A DNA stretch of 64,000 nucleotides from NCBI GenBank assembly GCA_013265495.1, contig MU058252.1:2204244-2268243 (forward strand), read 5' to 3'. This document shows, in pieces, positions 23,471 through 37,555 of this stretch; positions within the stretch are counted from its first letter, which is position 1; each line of letters begins with the position of its first letter. The DNA is from Vicugna vicugna. Lineage: Eukaryota. Position numbers and translations under genes: made by a program. The notes under the pieces were generated by a model. It saw only the letters and a program-made list of their open reading frames with translations, ran no database searches and had not been told where the DNA came from.

Positions 23471-26370
23471 CATGTTCTCTGAAGGGTTTGCACTATTTCT
23501 TGAAGGTTCCCAGGGGCTGTCATTATTTTAAGGAATACACCATACTGAAAAATGGAGAGTGAGAGGAAAAGGGGTGTGTGGCTAAGAAAGAAGTGAGAAG
23601 GGCTGGGTAAAAAGAAAGAACGCAGTGAGTTTGTAGACAAGCGAGGAAGCACTGGCGTGGAGGGCGGGGAGCAGCCTGGTTCACGCGTGGGGCTCAGGGT
23701 CTGAGCTGGAGGATGCTCCAGAAGGCCACTTCCTGGGACACGGGCCCCCTTGCTCCTTCATCAGTGCTCTCTGAAAGCGCAGAAGGGGCACAGCCCTCGC
23801 TGAGCCCACGCAGCGCAGCCGCTGACGGGAGGTTACTACTTGTGAACCTGAGCTAATTGTCAGATTTCCCAACAGAAGATCCATGTGGTCTGGAGGTGCT
23901 GAAATGTGATGAAGTTGTTCTGCAAAGTGTCCGCTGCGCTCCTCCGTTACTGGCATTTCTGAAACATGGCAGGAGGCACAGGAGAGAACCCAGCCCAGGG
24001 TCACCGAGCAGCCCGGCTCCCCACCCGGCACGCGAGGCTCTGGGAACTGCGTGCCCTGGACGCTGGTGATTCCACCGGGACCTGGGAGGCCGGGTCCCAG
24101 AACCCGAGCCTGGACCCGCTCCCTCCAGACTTTGGGGGCCCCCGTTCTCACGTATGGGGACCAGGTGGGCTTCCAGCTCCAACATTTGGTGGCTTCTTCC
24201 TCCTTCAAGGACGTCATTTCCGTGAGGTGCCTGGCCAGGCGGGCTGTGTGAGGGCTGCCTTTGCTCTGAAAACGCCTCCTCGTTCTTCTTTTCTCTGTGT
24301 TTATTTTTTTCGGACGGAGTTAGCATTTGGGTTAATCGTGCCCAGCGTGTTAACAGCTCCTGTTCCGTTTGCTTCCTGGTACGACAGGGCTCTGCGTGTT
24401 GGCCAGGGCTGTCTTAGCCCGCAACCACGGGCCTGATCCAGTGCATCTCATAGTTTTCTTTTCTAAAATAATCTGGGGCATGCGCTCGGCGACGCTTTCG
24501 TCAGCTTGCACTTTAGGACTCGCTGCCAGTTTTTAATCTTGGCAATGGTATGGTGTCTCCGTGTCTACACCTCGCAGCTGTCTAACGTTTGGTTATTTCT
24601 CTGGTTCTCCCCCTTAGCTTTTGCTGACCCGGTTCAGTCCACACCACACAGCCGCTCAGACGGAAGCCCTGGTTCCTGTGGGAACGTCCTCTGTGGGCAA
24701 AGGTGGAAATAGCTTACTTTCATCGGTCTGTGCAAAACCAAGCCAGTGCCCCGCTTCTGTGTTACTGTTATAGAGCCTTCAGCTGCGGTTTCACCTGGGT
24801 ACACGCTTGTTTTTGCACAAAGGGGTCGCCCCCTTTCCTATTGAGCTGGTGTTAATTTGATTTTTCCTGTGCTGCAGACTTGACGAGCGTTCAGTTTCCC
24901 ATGGAGCAACATCAGACCAGGGAGATGTATGAATGTCCAGCCCCTGGGGCTCGGATGGGCCTGTAAAGACGAGGTGGACGTGCGAGAGGCTTTGTGAAAG
25001 GAGCCTCCCGGCGTGGTGCCGGGCGAGGTGACAGGAACGAAAGCAGAATCAAAGGAGCATCACGAAAGCCTCCTCTCTGGGGCTGGCGGAAAGCTGCTCG
25101 GGTTTTGGAAAAAATCTGTGTTGTGAGGTGATGGGATGGAAAATACACACGTATGCAGGTCTCTGGCATAAACTGCATTCAGGTTTATGCACAGTCGGTT
25201 CCCGTATGTGTGTGAAGGGGTCTGGTGATTATGATGCGGTCAGTTTTCCTGCGAGATTCTGTAGAGAAAACGCCTCCAGCCGCCCTCCCCGGCCCCCGCG
25301 GCCTCCATCCTCCCCTCTCGCCTCGGCCCCGTCGCCCCGCCCGTGGCCCCTCATTCGTCTCCCCATCTGGCCTCCGCATCTTAGCGCCCTCCTGTTCCGG
25401 GGAAGGACAGTCGTGAAGCGGATGGTTCGGAATGGACGTCTTAGGGATGTGGGGCTTCCGTGAAGTCCAGCTGCTCGTAGCAGAGGCACCAGACAGCACG
25501 AGGCAAACCTCCTTCATCTCAAAGCAGGCGACGCCTGGGTCAGGAGCGGACTTGAGGGAGGTCCCGTCCTCGCAGGTGAGGGGCGGAGTCAGCCACCCGC
25601 GCGTGTCCCGGCGCGTCCCGCGCTGGCTGAGGATGCTCCTGGCTTAGGGTTGAGCGTTCCAGACCCCACGCACTTCTCCTTCCCCGAGAAACACAGCACG
25701 TGATGTGCTTTAGCCCTCAGTGTCCCTTAGGGAGGTTTCCTGGCATTTTGAATCGGGACGTTACTAGGAACCCACAAGGGGCCTGAGCGCTGACGAGGAG
25801 CGTGTGATCTCGGCTGGACCGGCCCACAGCCACAGCGCAGTGGTCATCGCGAGCTCCTGGGGGCCTCCTGGAGTTCCTTGCAGCAGTGCCCCAGTGCGTG
25901 GGGGGGGGGAGGACAGAGGGAGGAGGGCAGGGGCGGGGCAGCAGGGGGTGAGGTGGGTGCCCCCTGCACACCTCCACAGCGGGAACGTTTCTGGGCGGGT
26001 TGAATGCAGCGCTGTCCTTCCGCGGAGCATCAGCCACATGCACCCTGGCCCCCACCTCCCTCCTGGATGGATTTCCCACCGCAAAGCCGGGGGCGCCTCC
26101 GTGGTACTTTTTGGGGTTGTCAGTGTGTGGAGAGAGTTTTAATTCTCTAACAAACTACCCATGGACACAACTCCAGGGTTGCTGAAGCTCGGGAAGGGGA
26201 ATCAGAGGAGGAATAGTTAACTGAGTTACAGAAATAGAGGATGGAGGATAAATGGCCATGTTAGTGAGTCCACCCACGGTCGGGGGCCCCTGTCATTGAG
26301 GGGAGATTGGCCCCTTGAAGCCAAGTGCCTGGTCCTCAGAGAGAACAGCAGTGAGTTTTGTTCGGGCTCT

Positions 26371-26398
26371 GATGATTGATGATCGATGATCGATGATC
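26371..26398. repeat. (GATGATY)4 tandem 7-mer
   Basis: GATGATT followed by GATGATC three times. Confidence 0.9.
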
Positions 26399-26754
26399 TC
26401 CAGGAATCTTGTGGGGTCCCAGCCAGGGGGACTGGCCTGGTGGTACAGTCTGCCCCGGGTCCCACAGCTCCGGGCGCCCCGGCGCCTCCAAACGTGTGTT
26501 CACGGCCTGAACCTAAACCTGCCTGGGGGAGCTCACATGAAAGCAAGTCTTCATGTTATGTTTTTCATTTTAAACACCTAGTGCAGAACTCTGACTTCAT
26601 TCTGATCAAGAATCAAGGTGTGGGCAAGGCCCCCTTCGCCCCCCCGTCCCAGTCTCCTTTTCCCCCAAAGCGTTCTTTCTGTTGTTTTTTGCTGTGTGTC
26701 CTTTTCCTTAAATAGGTTATTATAAGAATATATTCCATCGAACTTACGAGGATA

Positions 26755-27545
26755 CTTATTTTAATGATGAGGTTTTTATTGATCTGTAATTCACAAACCA
26801 TAAAATTGACACCTTTAAAGTGTCCTATTAAACTGGTTTTTAGTATATTCTGAGTTACGCAACCCACACCATGATCTAAGTTTAGAACATTTTCTCGTCT
26901 GGAGGAAGAAACCTGGTACCTGCTGGTTAGAAGTCATTCATCACCCCCCGCTGTGCCCAGCCCCTGGCCACCATGAGTCTTTCGGTTTCCAACAATTTGC
27001 TTATTCTGGACATTTCCTGTAAATGGAATCATACAGTGCATGGTCTTTTGTGACCAGCTCCTCTCATCGGGTGTCACGCTCCCTGGGTTCATCCGGGCTG
27101 CATTTTGGATCAGAGCCACGTGCTTTTTCATGAGTGAATAGCACCCCAGTGGGTGGACATGCCACATCTGAGTATCCATGCACTGGTCGTGGACTTTGGG
27201 GTTCTCTCCACTTCGTGTCTCTTACAAATAACTGTCTGTGTGCAGGCTTCGCATGGGTATGTGTCTTCCTTTCTCTGGAGTATGTAGCTAGGAGTAGGGT
27301 AGCTGGGCGATCTGGTACCTATGTAGACCCTGCCCGCCCGGAGGGCGTATGGTCACAGGACAAGTTATGATGACACAACACCCTCTGTCCTTACAGAGAT
27401 TCAACCATTTTCCTTGAATGAACAGGAGTCGTTTAGTTTGTTAATTGTTGGTTAATTTCCAGAGCTCTGACGAAGCGGGTTTTGACAATTTTTCCTGTTC
27501 CCCTTGATTTGGGGGAAGAGCATCTCCTTTCCACCAGGCCCACCA
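26755..27545 (-). mobile_element. Old L1M (L1MB/MC-like) fragments
   Basis: TTTTTATTGATCTGTAATTCACAAACCATAAAATTGACACCTTTAAAGTG...GACATTTCCTGTAAATGGAATCATACAG. Confidence 0.85.
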
Positions 27546-27864
27546 GGTCAGGATGATGGGGACGAAGCTCAGTGAGTTAGGCACTGCGCCAGAGCTCTGC
27601 TCCTGGTCCTTATTTTTCCTTCATGTCTTTGCTTTTGAGCTCCACTAGTGTCACTTCTTGAATTTTGCATCCAACTGATGCATAACGTTCCAGAGATGAA
27701 CTCGTTAAATTCCGTGGTGCTCCCCAGCTCTGACAGAAGGACGCCCTCGCCAGGGCGCTGCAGTGAAGAGGGGTTCCCACTCAAGCGCTCTCCCTTTGCT
27801 GTGCAGTCAGCTCACACTCCACTCCTTTTTTGTTTTCTTTCATTCACTTTTTTTGGGCCGTCTT

Positions 27865-30452
27865 TATTGAGGCAAAATCTGCATTTGTTGAACTTTCCCA
27901 GTTTTAGAATATGATTTGGTGGCTTTTGAAAAATGTATCAAATCAGGTAAGCATCATCACAGTCACAAAAAGCAGCTCCCAGCGGTGGAGGGCATAGCTC
28001 AGGGGTAGAGCATGTGCTCAGCATGCACGAGGTCCTGGGTTCAATCCCCAGTGCCTCCGTCAAATAAATAAATACACATAAATAAACCTAATTACCTCCC
28101 TCCAAGCCAACCAGCCAAAAAAGCCAAAGCAGCTCCCTTTTGCTCCTTCACAGCCATGGCGTTCCTTTCCCTACCCTGGACCTTGAAATCACCAGTCTGC
28201 TCTCTGTCACAACTGGTGGGTCTTTTCTAGAATTTCATGGGAACGGAGCCATGGTTATATGTCCTTTCGTGTCTGGGCGCTTTCTCTCAGGAAAAAGATT
28301 CTGAGATCCAGCAGTGCTGTTGAATGTGTCAGTAGTTCCTTCCTTTTTTTTCTTATGTGGAACTCTGCTGTGTGGGCAGAGCTCTGTTTATATTTCCTGC
28401 TCAGGGCTACTTTGAATACAGCTGTAGATACTTGCGTACAGGTAAATTTGTGAACATAAGTTTTCACTTCTTTGGGGAAAAGGCCTAGTAATAGAACTGC
28501 TGGTCGTTCCACAAGTGCATGTTTGACTTTATGAGAATCTGGCACGTGGTGATGAGTGATTTTGTGAATTTGTCTGCCATCTGTAACTTCCTTGGCAAAG
28601 GGACTGTGCAGATCCTTTGCTAATTTGTTATTAGGCTGTTTGCTTTCATGTTATTGAATTGTAAGATTTTTAAATATGTATTTTAAATAAACATTTCGCA
28701 GATTGTTGCTTCCAGCACGTGGCCTGGTTTAATTTCCTTAACAGCCTTAGTGGTGTCTTTTGAAGAGCAAAGTCTTTTAATTTTGGTGATGACTAATTTG
28801 TCAACTTTTTAGAACTGAATTTGCTTGACATGCCCTATGTAGGAAACTTTTGTCTCCAAGATCAGTAAGTTTAATTCTTGTATCTGTTTCTGGAAATTTT
28901 TAGTTTTCTTAAATGTCTTCCATCCTGTAATCCAGTTCATGTTAAATTTTATAAATGGTGTGAAGTTCTAGGATTTTTTTTTTTTTGGTGTATGGATATC
29001 CAGTTGTTTTAACACAATATATTGAAGTGATGATCATTTCCCCATCAAGTTGCCTTTACTTGCACGTTTGTTGAAAAGCAATAGGCTCTACGTATGCAGG
29101 TCTATATTTAGACTCTATTCTGTTCTGTTGATCTATTTGACGACCTTCACACCATTATTGCAATCTTAATTACTGTAGCTTTCGTAAAAAGTCTTGAAAT
29201 CAGGTAGTTGAAGCCCTCGGAGGATTCTCCTCCAGTTCTTTCCTAGAATTGTTTCGGCTATTCTAGGTTCTTTGCATTTCAATGTGCATTTTAGAATGAG
29301 CTTTTCAATTTGTATAGAAAATCCATCTGGATATTGATTGAGATTTCACTGACTCTGCTAGTCAGTTTTGGGAGAATCGTCATGATAGTAATGGCGAGTC
29401 TATTAATGCGCATGCACGTACATTTCTCCCCTAATTTTGGCCTTTTAAATTCCTCTCTATCGTGTTTTATAGCTTTCAGTTTAAAAGCATTACACATTTT
29501 TAAAGTTTATTCCTTTATTTATATTTTTAACAATATTGAATTTGTTTTAATTTTTAAAATTAAATTTCAATTCCAATTGTTCACCATTATTATATAGAAA
29601 TATAATTTATTTTTGTACATTGACCTTTTATCAAACAACTTTGCTAAAGTGACTCACTAATTTTAGTAGCTTTTCCATATTTTTTTGTTTTGTTTTGTTT
29701 TTTTAGGATTTTTCTGCATAGATGGCCATGTCATCTACAGATAAAGCCTCTTTGACTCCAACTTTCCAGTTTGTATGGCTTTTGTTTCTTTTTCCTGCCT
29801 TATTACAGTGGCTAGCATTGCCAGTGAAATGGTGAATAAAAATGTGAGACATGAAATCCTTGCTTGGTTCTTGATCGTAGGGGGAACAGTGTTCAGTCTT
29901 TAACTATTAAGTGTAAGGTTACCTGTGGACTTTTCATAGTTGCTTTTTATCAGGTTATGGAAATTCCCAGATTATGGGAGATGCCATAAGTCTCCTCTTA
30001 GCACTCCTTTACCTGCGCTCCCTATATCTTGATATGTGATATGTGTTCAGTTCCTGCTCACACCTGGAAGCAGATAAACATTGAGCTACCAGCTCCGGGG
30101 GACACAGCTGCAGGCCTCCAGGGTCTCATCTCACTCCTCCCTCTGTAGCCTTCTGCTCCCAAAGTCCCAGTTCCACACACCTCCTGGAGCTCCAGACTCT
30201 GTGTCCTCAGTTCATGAAACGGCCAGGTTTTATGTCAGCCTGCCTTCTTATGTGGAGGCCTGGGAACTTTTCCCAGGCAGAGATCTGGGGCGTTTTAATT
30301 TCATCTGTTTGTTCCCCATCTTTCAGGGTTGGTCTCTTCTACTGCCTATTGTCTGAAGTCTAAAAACACATGATTTCTTGTGCTTCTCCAATTTTATAGC
30401 TGTAGGATGGACAGTGGGTCCAGTCCTTATTTCTTCATTATGGTCAGAAGCC
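27865..30452 (-). mobile_element. Old L1M element: 3'UTR, degenerate ORF2 and probable 5'-region remnant
   Basis: T-rich reversed ORF2 (TGGATATCCAGTTGTTTTAACAC; TTACTGTAGCTTT...AAGTCTTGAAATCAGGTAG); 30080-30452 resembles L1MC/ME 5' ends. Confidence 0.85.
27981..28125 (+). mobile_element. Vic-1-type SINE inserted in old L1
   Basis: tRNA-Ala-like head; perfect 12-bp TSD AAAGCAGCTCCC at 27969-27980 and 28126-28137. Confidence 0.93.
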
Positions 30453-32726
30453 GTCGTCTGTAAGCTTGCTCGTGACACCTCCGAAGTCTGGGTTTGATCC
30501 TGAGTCTGTGATTTCAAGCAGGAAGCCTGAATGAGACAGAAACGTGCAGAGGAAGACTTTCTCTAAAAGATGTAGAGATCAGAAATGGCAGGCCTGTTTG
30601 TGGTGTTCACTTTGTCGCTGTGGTCCTGGACCAAACCCGCAACACCTCTGAGGTCTGCCTGTAAGGTGGGCAGCATGATATGGAAATGCGTGACCCTTAA
30701 TATCTTCTGGTTGTTGCAATGACTCCCCAGAGCTGAGGGGCAGTAGGGACTGACCTCAGCCTGCAATGCAGATGCTCACTCTGGAGCATCCCTGAGTATG
30801 TGCTGGATGTGGTCAGGATCGTGGACCAGTGCCCCGCGATCTCACCCTGGATAATGAAGGCACTCAGCTGCTACTTTGTAAATGGCGACTGGCCTCTTGT
30901 ATGAATTTGATCAGGACGTTTAACATCTCTGATCCTCAGTACTGTTGCAATATTTCCATGTATAAAATGATCTACTTTTGTTATCCATCAAGATTTAATG
31001 AAGCTCAGATAAAATAAATGCCCCAGATCTCTGCCTCAAGTGAAAGCATTTAGGAATTGAGTTTTTGCAAAAAGGGAGAAAACTACAAATCTATTTAATA
31101 TGTTATATATTTTTAATAAAGGATTATAATTTATTGCAAAAGGGGAGAGATGTCATGGTGCCTTCAGAAATTAGGCCTTGCACAAATTTCAAAAACAATT
31201 TTACTGAAAAAGCTGTAAAGAAAAACAGTGGACAGTAAGATGGGTAGGCTTTTCTGCTTTACAGTTATATGCGTTTCATTCCTTCAGTCCTTTCTGTGGG
31301 GCTGAATCTCCTTGGCTTTTCCCCTTCAATCAGATAAATAGCAATATTAGTCACATGCAGACCGACGTTCTGCAGTGGGATTCTGTCGTGTGGCCGGACA
31401 TATTTATAGCTCACGGAGAGCTGAGAAAGATTAAGCCATTGCTCTGACCTGCATCAAGCAATCCTTTTTAGACATTCAATAAAATGTGGCCAAGGAGACG
31501 TCATCTGCCGTGAACTGCGTGAGTCCCATGGGCATGACTGGGAGGAAACGCGCACGCAGTCCCTGTCATTTTCAGTTTCTTGTTATATTACAGGGAAGTT
31601 ACCGACTGCGAGGAGCAATAGATCCTGACGGTCCATCCCTAGTCATGGACTGGGCCGCAGACCTGCAAGTCCCAGAGGAAGTAGAGCACTTGTCACACTG
31701 TCACCAAGATGGCTCCAGGGGGAGGGCGAGGCGGGCCTCAGGCCCTGACGGGTCACCCAGACAAGTCCCAGGGATGGCAGCTGTGCTGTGGTTGTGTGTG
31801 TGCGTGTTTGCATTGTACACGTGTGTCGATGTGTGTGCGCACGTGCACAGCGGCAGGATGGTCTGATCCCTCCTCTTAGTGTCCAGATGGAGTGACAGTG
31901 CTCATCCGCGTTCTCTGAGACTCTGTCCTGGTGGATCACGTCAGCACACAGGCTGTGAAGCATTTATTGTCTCCGTGAAAAATTGCGGCTTGAACTCGGG
32001 GCCATGTTCGTTTGTTACTCGTGAGCTTTACGGCTGGTCTTGCTCTGCATTTAGTTCTGGAGGACAGGGCTTGCCGGGCAGAAGCTGGTGTGTCTTCATT
32101 TCGGTAACTGTGACAGCTTCATCCTCTGGGCCCCTTCCCACCCAGGCAGCCCTGCCCGAGGCCCATCAGGTGAGGGTCCCAGGCACAAAGTCCTCGGAGG
32201 GCAGGCTTGCCTGTGCTGGTCCAACAGTCTGGAAAGGATGAGGCTCACCTCAGCTTGATCTGCCTAGGGAATCTTCCCACCACAGTCGGCCTGCCTTCCA
32301 GCAATGCCACGGGCTTTTCTCTTCAGGGCCAAGGGCCAGGCCCTGGCTGGACCGTCAGCCGCAGCTTCACCTGGGTGTCCCAGGTGAGTCACCGCACCTT
32401 TCGTAATAGGCGTCCTCGTGAGAGCGGTTAATTCAAGGTGGAAGCTGACAGCAGGAGTGTTCACATCGCACTGCGGCGGCTCCCCGGTTTGCTCATGCGC
32501 ACGCAGGAGCGTAGGGCTGAGTGCTTTCAGTGATTCAGTTTCTAGCAGAGGAAGTAAATTAACCTGCCTGTTTCCTCCTTGGTGACCCCCCACACCCCAA
32601 AATAAAAGAGAAGGATCAGATGGCTTCTGAGACCCCCTCCAGCTTTCAGAGTTGACAAAACATTTCCTGGTTCAGAACCCTAAGTGCGTGGGAGTGTGGA
32701 AATGTGTAAGAGGAAGAGAGGCCCAG

Positions 32727-32728
<2 letters not shown>

Positions 32729-32770
<42 letters not shown>
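32729..32770. repeat. (CA)21 microsatellite
   Basis: Perfect CA run. Confidence 0.97.
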
Positions 32771-32772
<2 letters not shown>

Positions 32773-33929
32773 CACGCACGCACACGATTATTCCACTGTG
32801 TGAAAGCAAGAAAGTACTCCTCCCTGCCTCCTCTCTCGTCTTTCTTCCTGTCTCCAGGGCTCACTAACCCAGGCCTCTGCCCTGAGGGTTGGTTGCAAAG
32901 AGCCTGAACATCCTGTTCTTTGTTTTACATCTGGTCTCATTTAGTGGCTGTTTGTTGACACTTGAAGGCAAGGCCCGGGTGGTCAGAGAGTCGCAGGCTG
33001 TTCACCTGGGGCGCCTCCATGGCCCCCCGTTCAGCAGAGAGAGCGGCGTGCTCGGAGCCACAGCGCGGCCCGGAGCCCTCGGCAGGGCTCGCCAGGCGTC
33101 CCTCTCAGGGTCTGTATTGCTGAGGTGAGCTAACCCTTCCTGAGGCCCTGGCCCCGTCAGCCACGTCCACTGTGGGCGCACACTTGGATTAATACATCTG
33201 AATCGTATTTCAGGGAATTTAATTCAATTAATTCAATGCTCCTTTTGATTTAGCAAATGCCTACTGTATGCCAGACACAGAGGAGGCACGGGGTGACCCG
33301 GGGCGCCGCCCCCAGGTCCTCAGCGAGAAGAGTAAACACGCCAGGACTGGGGAATTCGGTGCAAGTCCAAGTGAAGAACGCGGAGCAGAAGAAACAGCAA
33401 ATGTGGAAAACCAAGGATTCTTAGATTTACATAAGAATTATTTCACTTATGAGAGGAGTCACCTGTGAGACCACCCTTAGGCACAAATTTGGAGGACAGA
33501 TCATTGGAAATAGGACCCGAAAAAGCCCCACAAAGCGCCTGGGGACTTCAGCCGGTGGAGAAGTTGTAAACCCTCTGTTAGAGAAATTTCACCAATAGGT
33601 TGTCTTTCAGGAAAATCGGGCTCATTTTACCCAGAGGCCTCGCAAGTTTCAGAGCAAAGTCTCCTTGTTACAGGTCTGCAGGGAATTAAGGCAGCTTGAA
33701 CTAAAGGAGGAAATATGGTACATTTGCTAAAAAATGCCATGATGACAGTTCTATTTCTTTACTTGGCAAAGTAAGTCATACTTAAAATTTCCCTCTGAGG
33801 CCTCGGTTACAATAAGAGTTTGTTTTTTTTTATAACTTTGTCTCAACATCAAAATGGTGAAAACAAGACACAGAAGCGAAGGTAATAGTATTCTTTAAAT
33901 CTTCATCGTGTATCCTTTTAAGGTGATGT

Positions 33930-34178
33930 AAGCAGTACAGGCATAGAAATGAATAAGAATAGAAATGAAGTCAGAATTCCCAAAGTCAAGTAATGGCTCT
34001 GCCACTCACTTAGCTGTCTGATCTGGGGCAATTAACCCAGCCTCTCTTAGCCTCAGTTTTCTCATCTATAAAATGGGGACATAGTAGAATCTACTTCAAT
34101 AAGATGTATGAGAATTAAGTGAGTTAATATTTGAAAAGCTCTGAGTGCCCAGTGCATAGAAGATTTTCAGTAAATCTC
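33930..34178 (+). mobile_element. Near full-length MIR
   Basis: GCTCTGCCACTCACTTAGCTGT...GCCTCAGTTTTCTCATCTATAAAATGGGGAC...GAGAATTAAGTGAGTTAATA. Confidence 0.9.
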
Positions 34179-35426
34179 CATGACTGCTATTCTTGATTTT
34201 ATTATTGTTACGATAACCTACAACATGCAGGTTGTTGGGAGGTGCTTGGACGTGGAGTGGAGCCCTGGGGGCAGGTGTGCTACAGACGTGAACAAACCAA
34301 GACCCAGAGTCAATCTTCACCAAGGACAGAGAAGTCCAGATCCTGAGGTTGAGGAGAAGCGTGTAGGAGAGGAAGGATGCTCAGGGCTGCAGGTTCTCAA
34401 GTCCTAGATATTAAGGTACTTGAACCAGCCATATTCATCTTCTAAAAGACAATAATGAGGAAATCTAATCTCACCAACAGCAACATCAAAAATTTCCTTC
34501 CACTTTGCTGACAGCCAACCATGGTTTAAACGAGGTCTCCTGTGTTGTTCAAGTCTCATCATCCCCTCTGGGATTCAGGAAGAATCATGAAGACCCTTCG
34601 GTAAAAGTGCACCAATACATTTCAACACTAATAGTGGGAAATATAATTCATTAGAAACAGCAAGAACTTCAAGTTCTTCAGGATATATCTTAGAAATCAT
34701 TTCATAGTGAAAGTAGAAGATCTGATGTTTACCCAGGTTGGGAGGGCAAGAAACGATTTTCATAGAAAACAAAAAAACAGAAACAAAAACAAAAACATTG
34801 TTACCATTTTCAAAAGCTCAGTTGCCTGGAAAGAAAACATGATGATGCACGAGGAGCATCGTCCGCCGCATCGTGCGCCGGGGAGAAGTGTTCTACAGCC
34901 GGAGGGTGTCCGCGGCAGCTCTGCTGCTACCGCACCGAGAGGGGGAGTGTCAGGTGAGATGTGCTCGCAGCATCACAAGGAGATGGAAGGGGCCTCCAAG
35001 CCTTTTGCCTCCCCTGCATTCCTGCCCAGCCTGGGTGGCTTCTGGTTCTTTTTCATGTCACCAGTGTGCCTTCAGTACAGAAATCTTCCAGCTTCCTTTG
35101 TTTGTCCTCGCTGCCCCCTGTCCTGCTCAAGCCCGAAGCCTAAGTGGTAGCACCACATGCTCCCCAGGCAGCCCCCCCCCCCCCCAGTGCAGGGGCCGCT
35201 GGAAAACGTAGTCCTGTGCTGGGAAGGAGCAGACTCTGTAGGGACGAGGAGACTGTCACCTGAGGTTGACAGCCAGCCATCTCTGCCACGATGGGGCGTC
35301 CTGTCCTCTGACCTGTATTGTAACAGCTCCTGTGTGCGTCCATCTCTAGGTTATCAGCTCCTTGAGATACGTCTGTTGCTTGTTTATCTTTGCTCTTCCA
35401 GCATCGTTTCTTGCACATGTCTTTTA

Positions 35427-35450
35427 CACACACACACACACACACACACA
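35427..35450. repeat. (CA)12 microsatellite
   Basis: Perfect CA run. Confidence 0.95.
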
Positions 35451-36194
35451 CGGAGTTTACAGATGAAATTTTGGGCAAGACATTCAATCCCTCTGAGCAT
35501 CACTTTGCACAGCAGGTTTATGGCTGTGCCGGGATTAAAACCTGGGTCTCCTCATTCTTGGGTCAGAGCCATTTCTTCTTCTGTCTGGGGTTACTATCTG
35601 ATCTATACAGTCATTTAAGAGTTCAAGAAATTATATAGTGATTTAAGAATTCAAGAAATCTTTATAACAAACTGCTTCTTCTACATTTTCAAAGGAGAGC
35701 TTAGGGAAAAGTCTACAACCACATTCTAGGTAGCTGCAGCAGAAGTCAAACCGAAAAGGCAAGGCAGGAGGGAGGTGGCCCTGAGCTCCGTGGTGCTGCC
35801 CCTGCAAGCCCCGAGCCCCTGAGAAGCGGTCTGCACTCGGGGCGCCGGCGGCCTCTGGGCCGGGCAGCTGCGGGGGAACCGTCCTCCTCTTCTTTCTGCT
35901 GCAGCGAAGTGAACATTCTGGAAATACAGACTCCGGTTCCACTGACGTCCGCACTTGCATCCCGAATCAGGAAAGGCTCCGACGGGCAGGAGTGCAGCGT
36001 GCCGACGCGTCCACTCTATCTGTCTTGTTCTTTCTTCCACGAGTCTCCCCGTGAGGACTTCAAAAAACATTCAGGCTTTCTTAACATAAACTTGTTAGCT
36101 GTGTCTGTGAGTTCTGATCTTATTTTTGGCTTCTGTGACACTCTACCCTGAAGAGCAAAGTTGTGATGGGTGGTGAGGGAGTCTGAGTGGTTAC

Positions 36195-36510
36195 TGATAC
36201 AAATGAACTTCTGTACAAAACAGAAAGAGACTCACAGACAGAGAAAACAAACCTACTGTTCTCACAGGGGAAACGGGGGAGGGGAGGGAAGGATAAATTA
36301 GGAGATTGGGATTAACAGATACACAGCACTATGTGTAAAATGATAAACAAGGACCTACTGTACAGCACAGGGAACTGTATTCAATATCTCGTGGTGAACT
36401 TTGATGGAAAAGAATCTGAAAAAGAATACATATATGTAGAACCGAATCACTGTGCTGTATACCAGAGACCTACACAACATCGTAAATCAACTAGACTTCA
36501 GTTTAAAAAG
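36195..36510 (+). mobile_element. L1 3'UTR fragment
   Basis: GATACAAATGAACTT...CAGCACAGGGAACTGTATTCAATATC...; degenerate TSD AGTcTGAGtGGT 36180-36191 vs AGTtTGAGcGGT 36512-36523. Confidence 0.92.
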
Positions 36511-37555
36511 AAGTTTGAGCGGTACGTCTCCGAGACTCCTTTCTGCCATCGATTCTGGCAGCTGCGAGGAATGATCACTTGAACTGCGCACTCGGAGCGA
36601 TGGGAAGATTTTCATCAGTTTAAAGTGATTTCTGGTCCATGTTCATTCTGAGGACCTTTACGGAACACCCACTTCCTGCCACTCACGTATCATGTGTGGG
36701 AGGACTCAGGGACCCCTCCACAGCCGTGGCTGGACTGCTCTCGGCGCCCCTTCCCTCCAGGAGGGTGGAAGCCCCACATTCAGAGCCCAAGATACCTTCC
36801 CCGGGGGACCTCGCGCTCGGGCTGGAGCCTTGAAGGGAACAACGTGGACCCAAGGAGGGAGCGGGACTGTGAGGGGCCGGCCCAGGTGTGAGTGTGGTGG
36901 CCTCCCCGCCTCGGTCTCCGGCTCCCACTCCCGGGGAAGCAGGAGCCAGCAGCCTCAGCTTCTCCCTTTTCAGCTTTACACCTGGTGTGGCTAGTCTGTC
37001 CCACTGGGTGGAAAGGGACTAAAGCTACTGCTCCCCCCAGGGCCCAGGGTGTCCCTGAACTGAACACATGACTGATGGCTGTGGCAACATTTGTGTTCAC
37101 AACTGTCCAGCCCCACTGCTCCAGCCACAGAGAGAGTGACATTGCTTTTATCCTGGGCTGGAGCTGGGCTGAGGACAGGAGTTGCTGGGGTCGCAGCACA
37201 CTGGTTTTTTATTTACTTCTTACACTCAGGAAATGATTCTGGGTCCCAAAAGCCAGTGAGAGAACTGAATGTTCCAGATTCCAGTAGAGATGGAATAATT
37301 GAGCAGAACAGCAGAGGAGAAAAGAAAAGAGACAGTATAACTTTTCAGAGAATAAATTAAATTTCATCGAGGTGGCTTTTGACAATTTGGGGTGGATGGA
37401 AAAAGAAACTTTCCATATTGCTCTGATGTGGGTGAGATTGGGATTCTGGAACAATATATATCACTGCAAGTATTTGAGTATGAAAATTTTTTATTTCAAG
37501 TCAATAACTGTTTTTTGAGGAAAAATCTTTGGGGAAGGAAAGAAAAAAAAAGACC

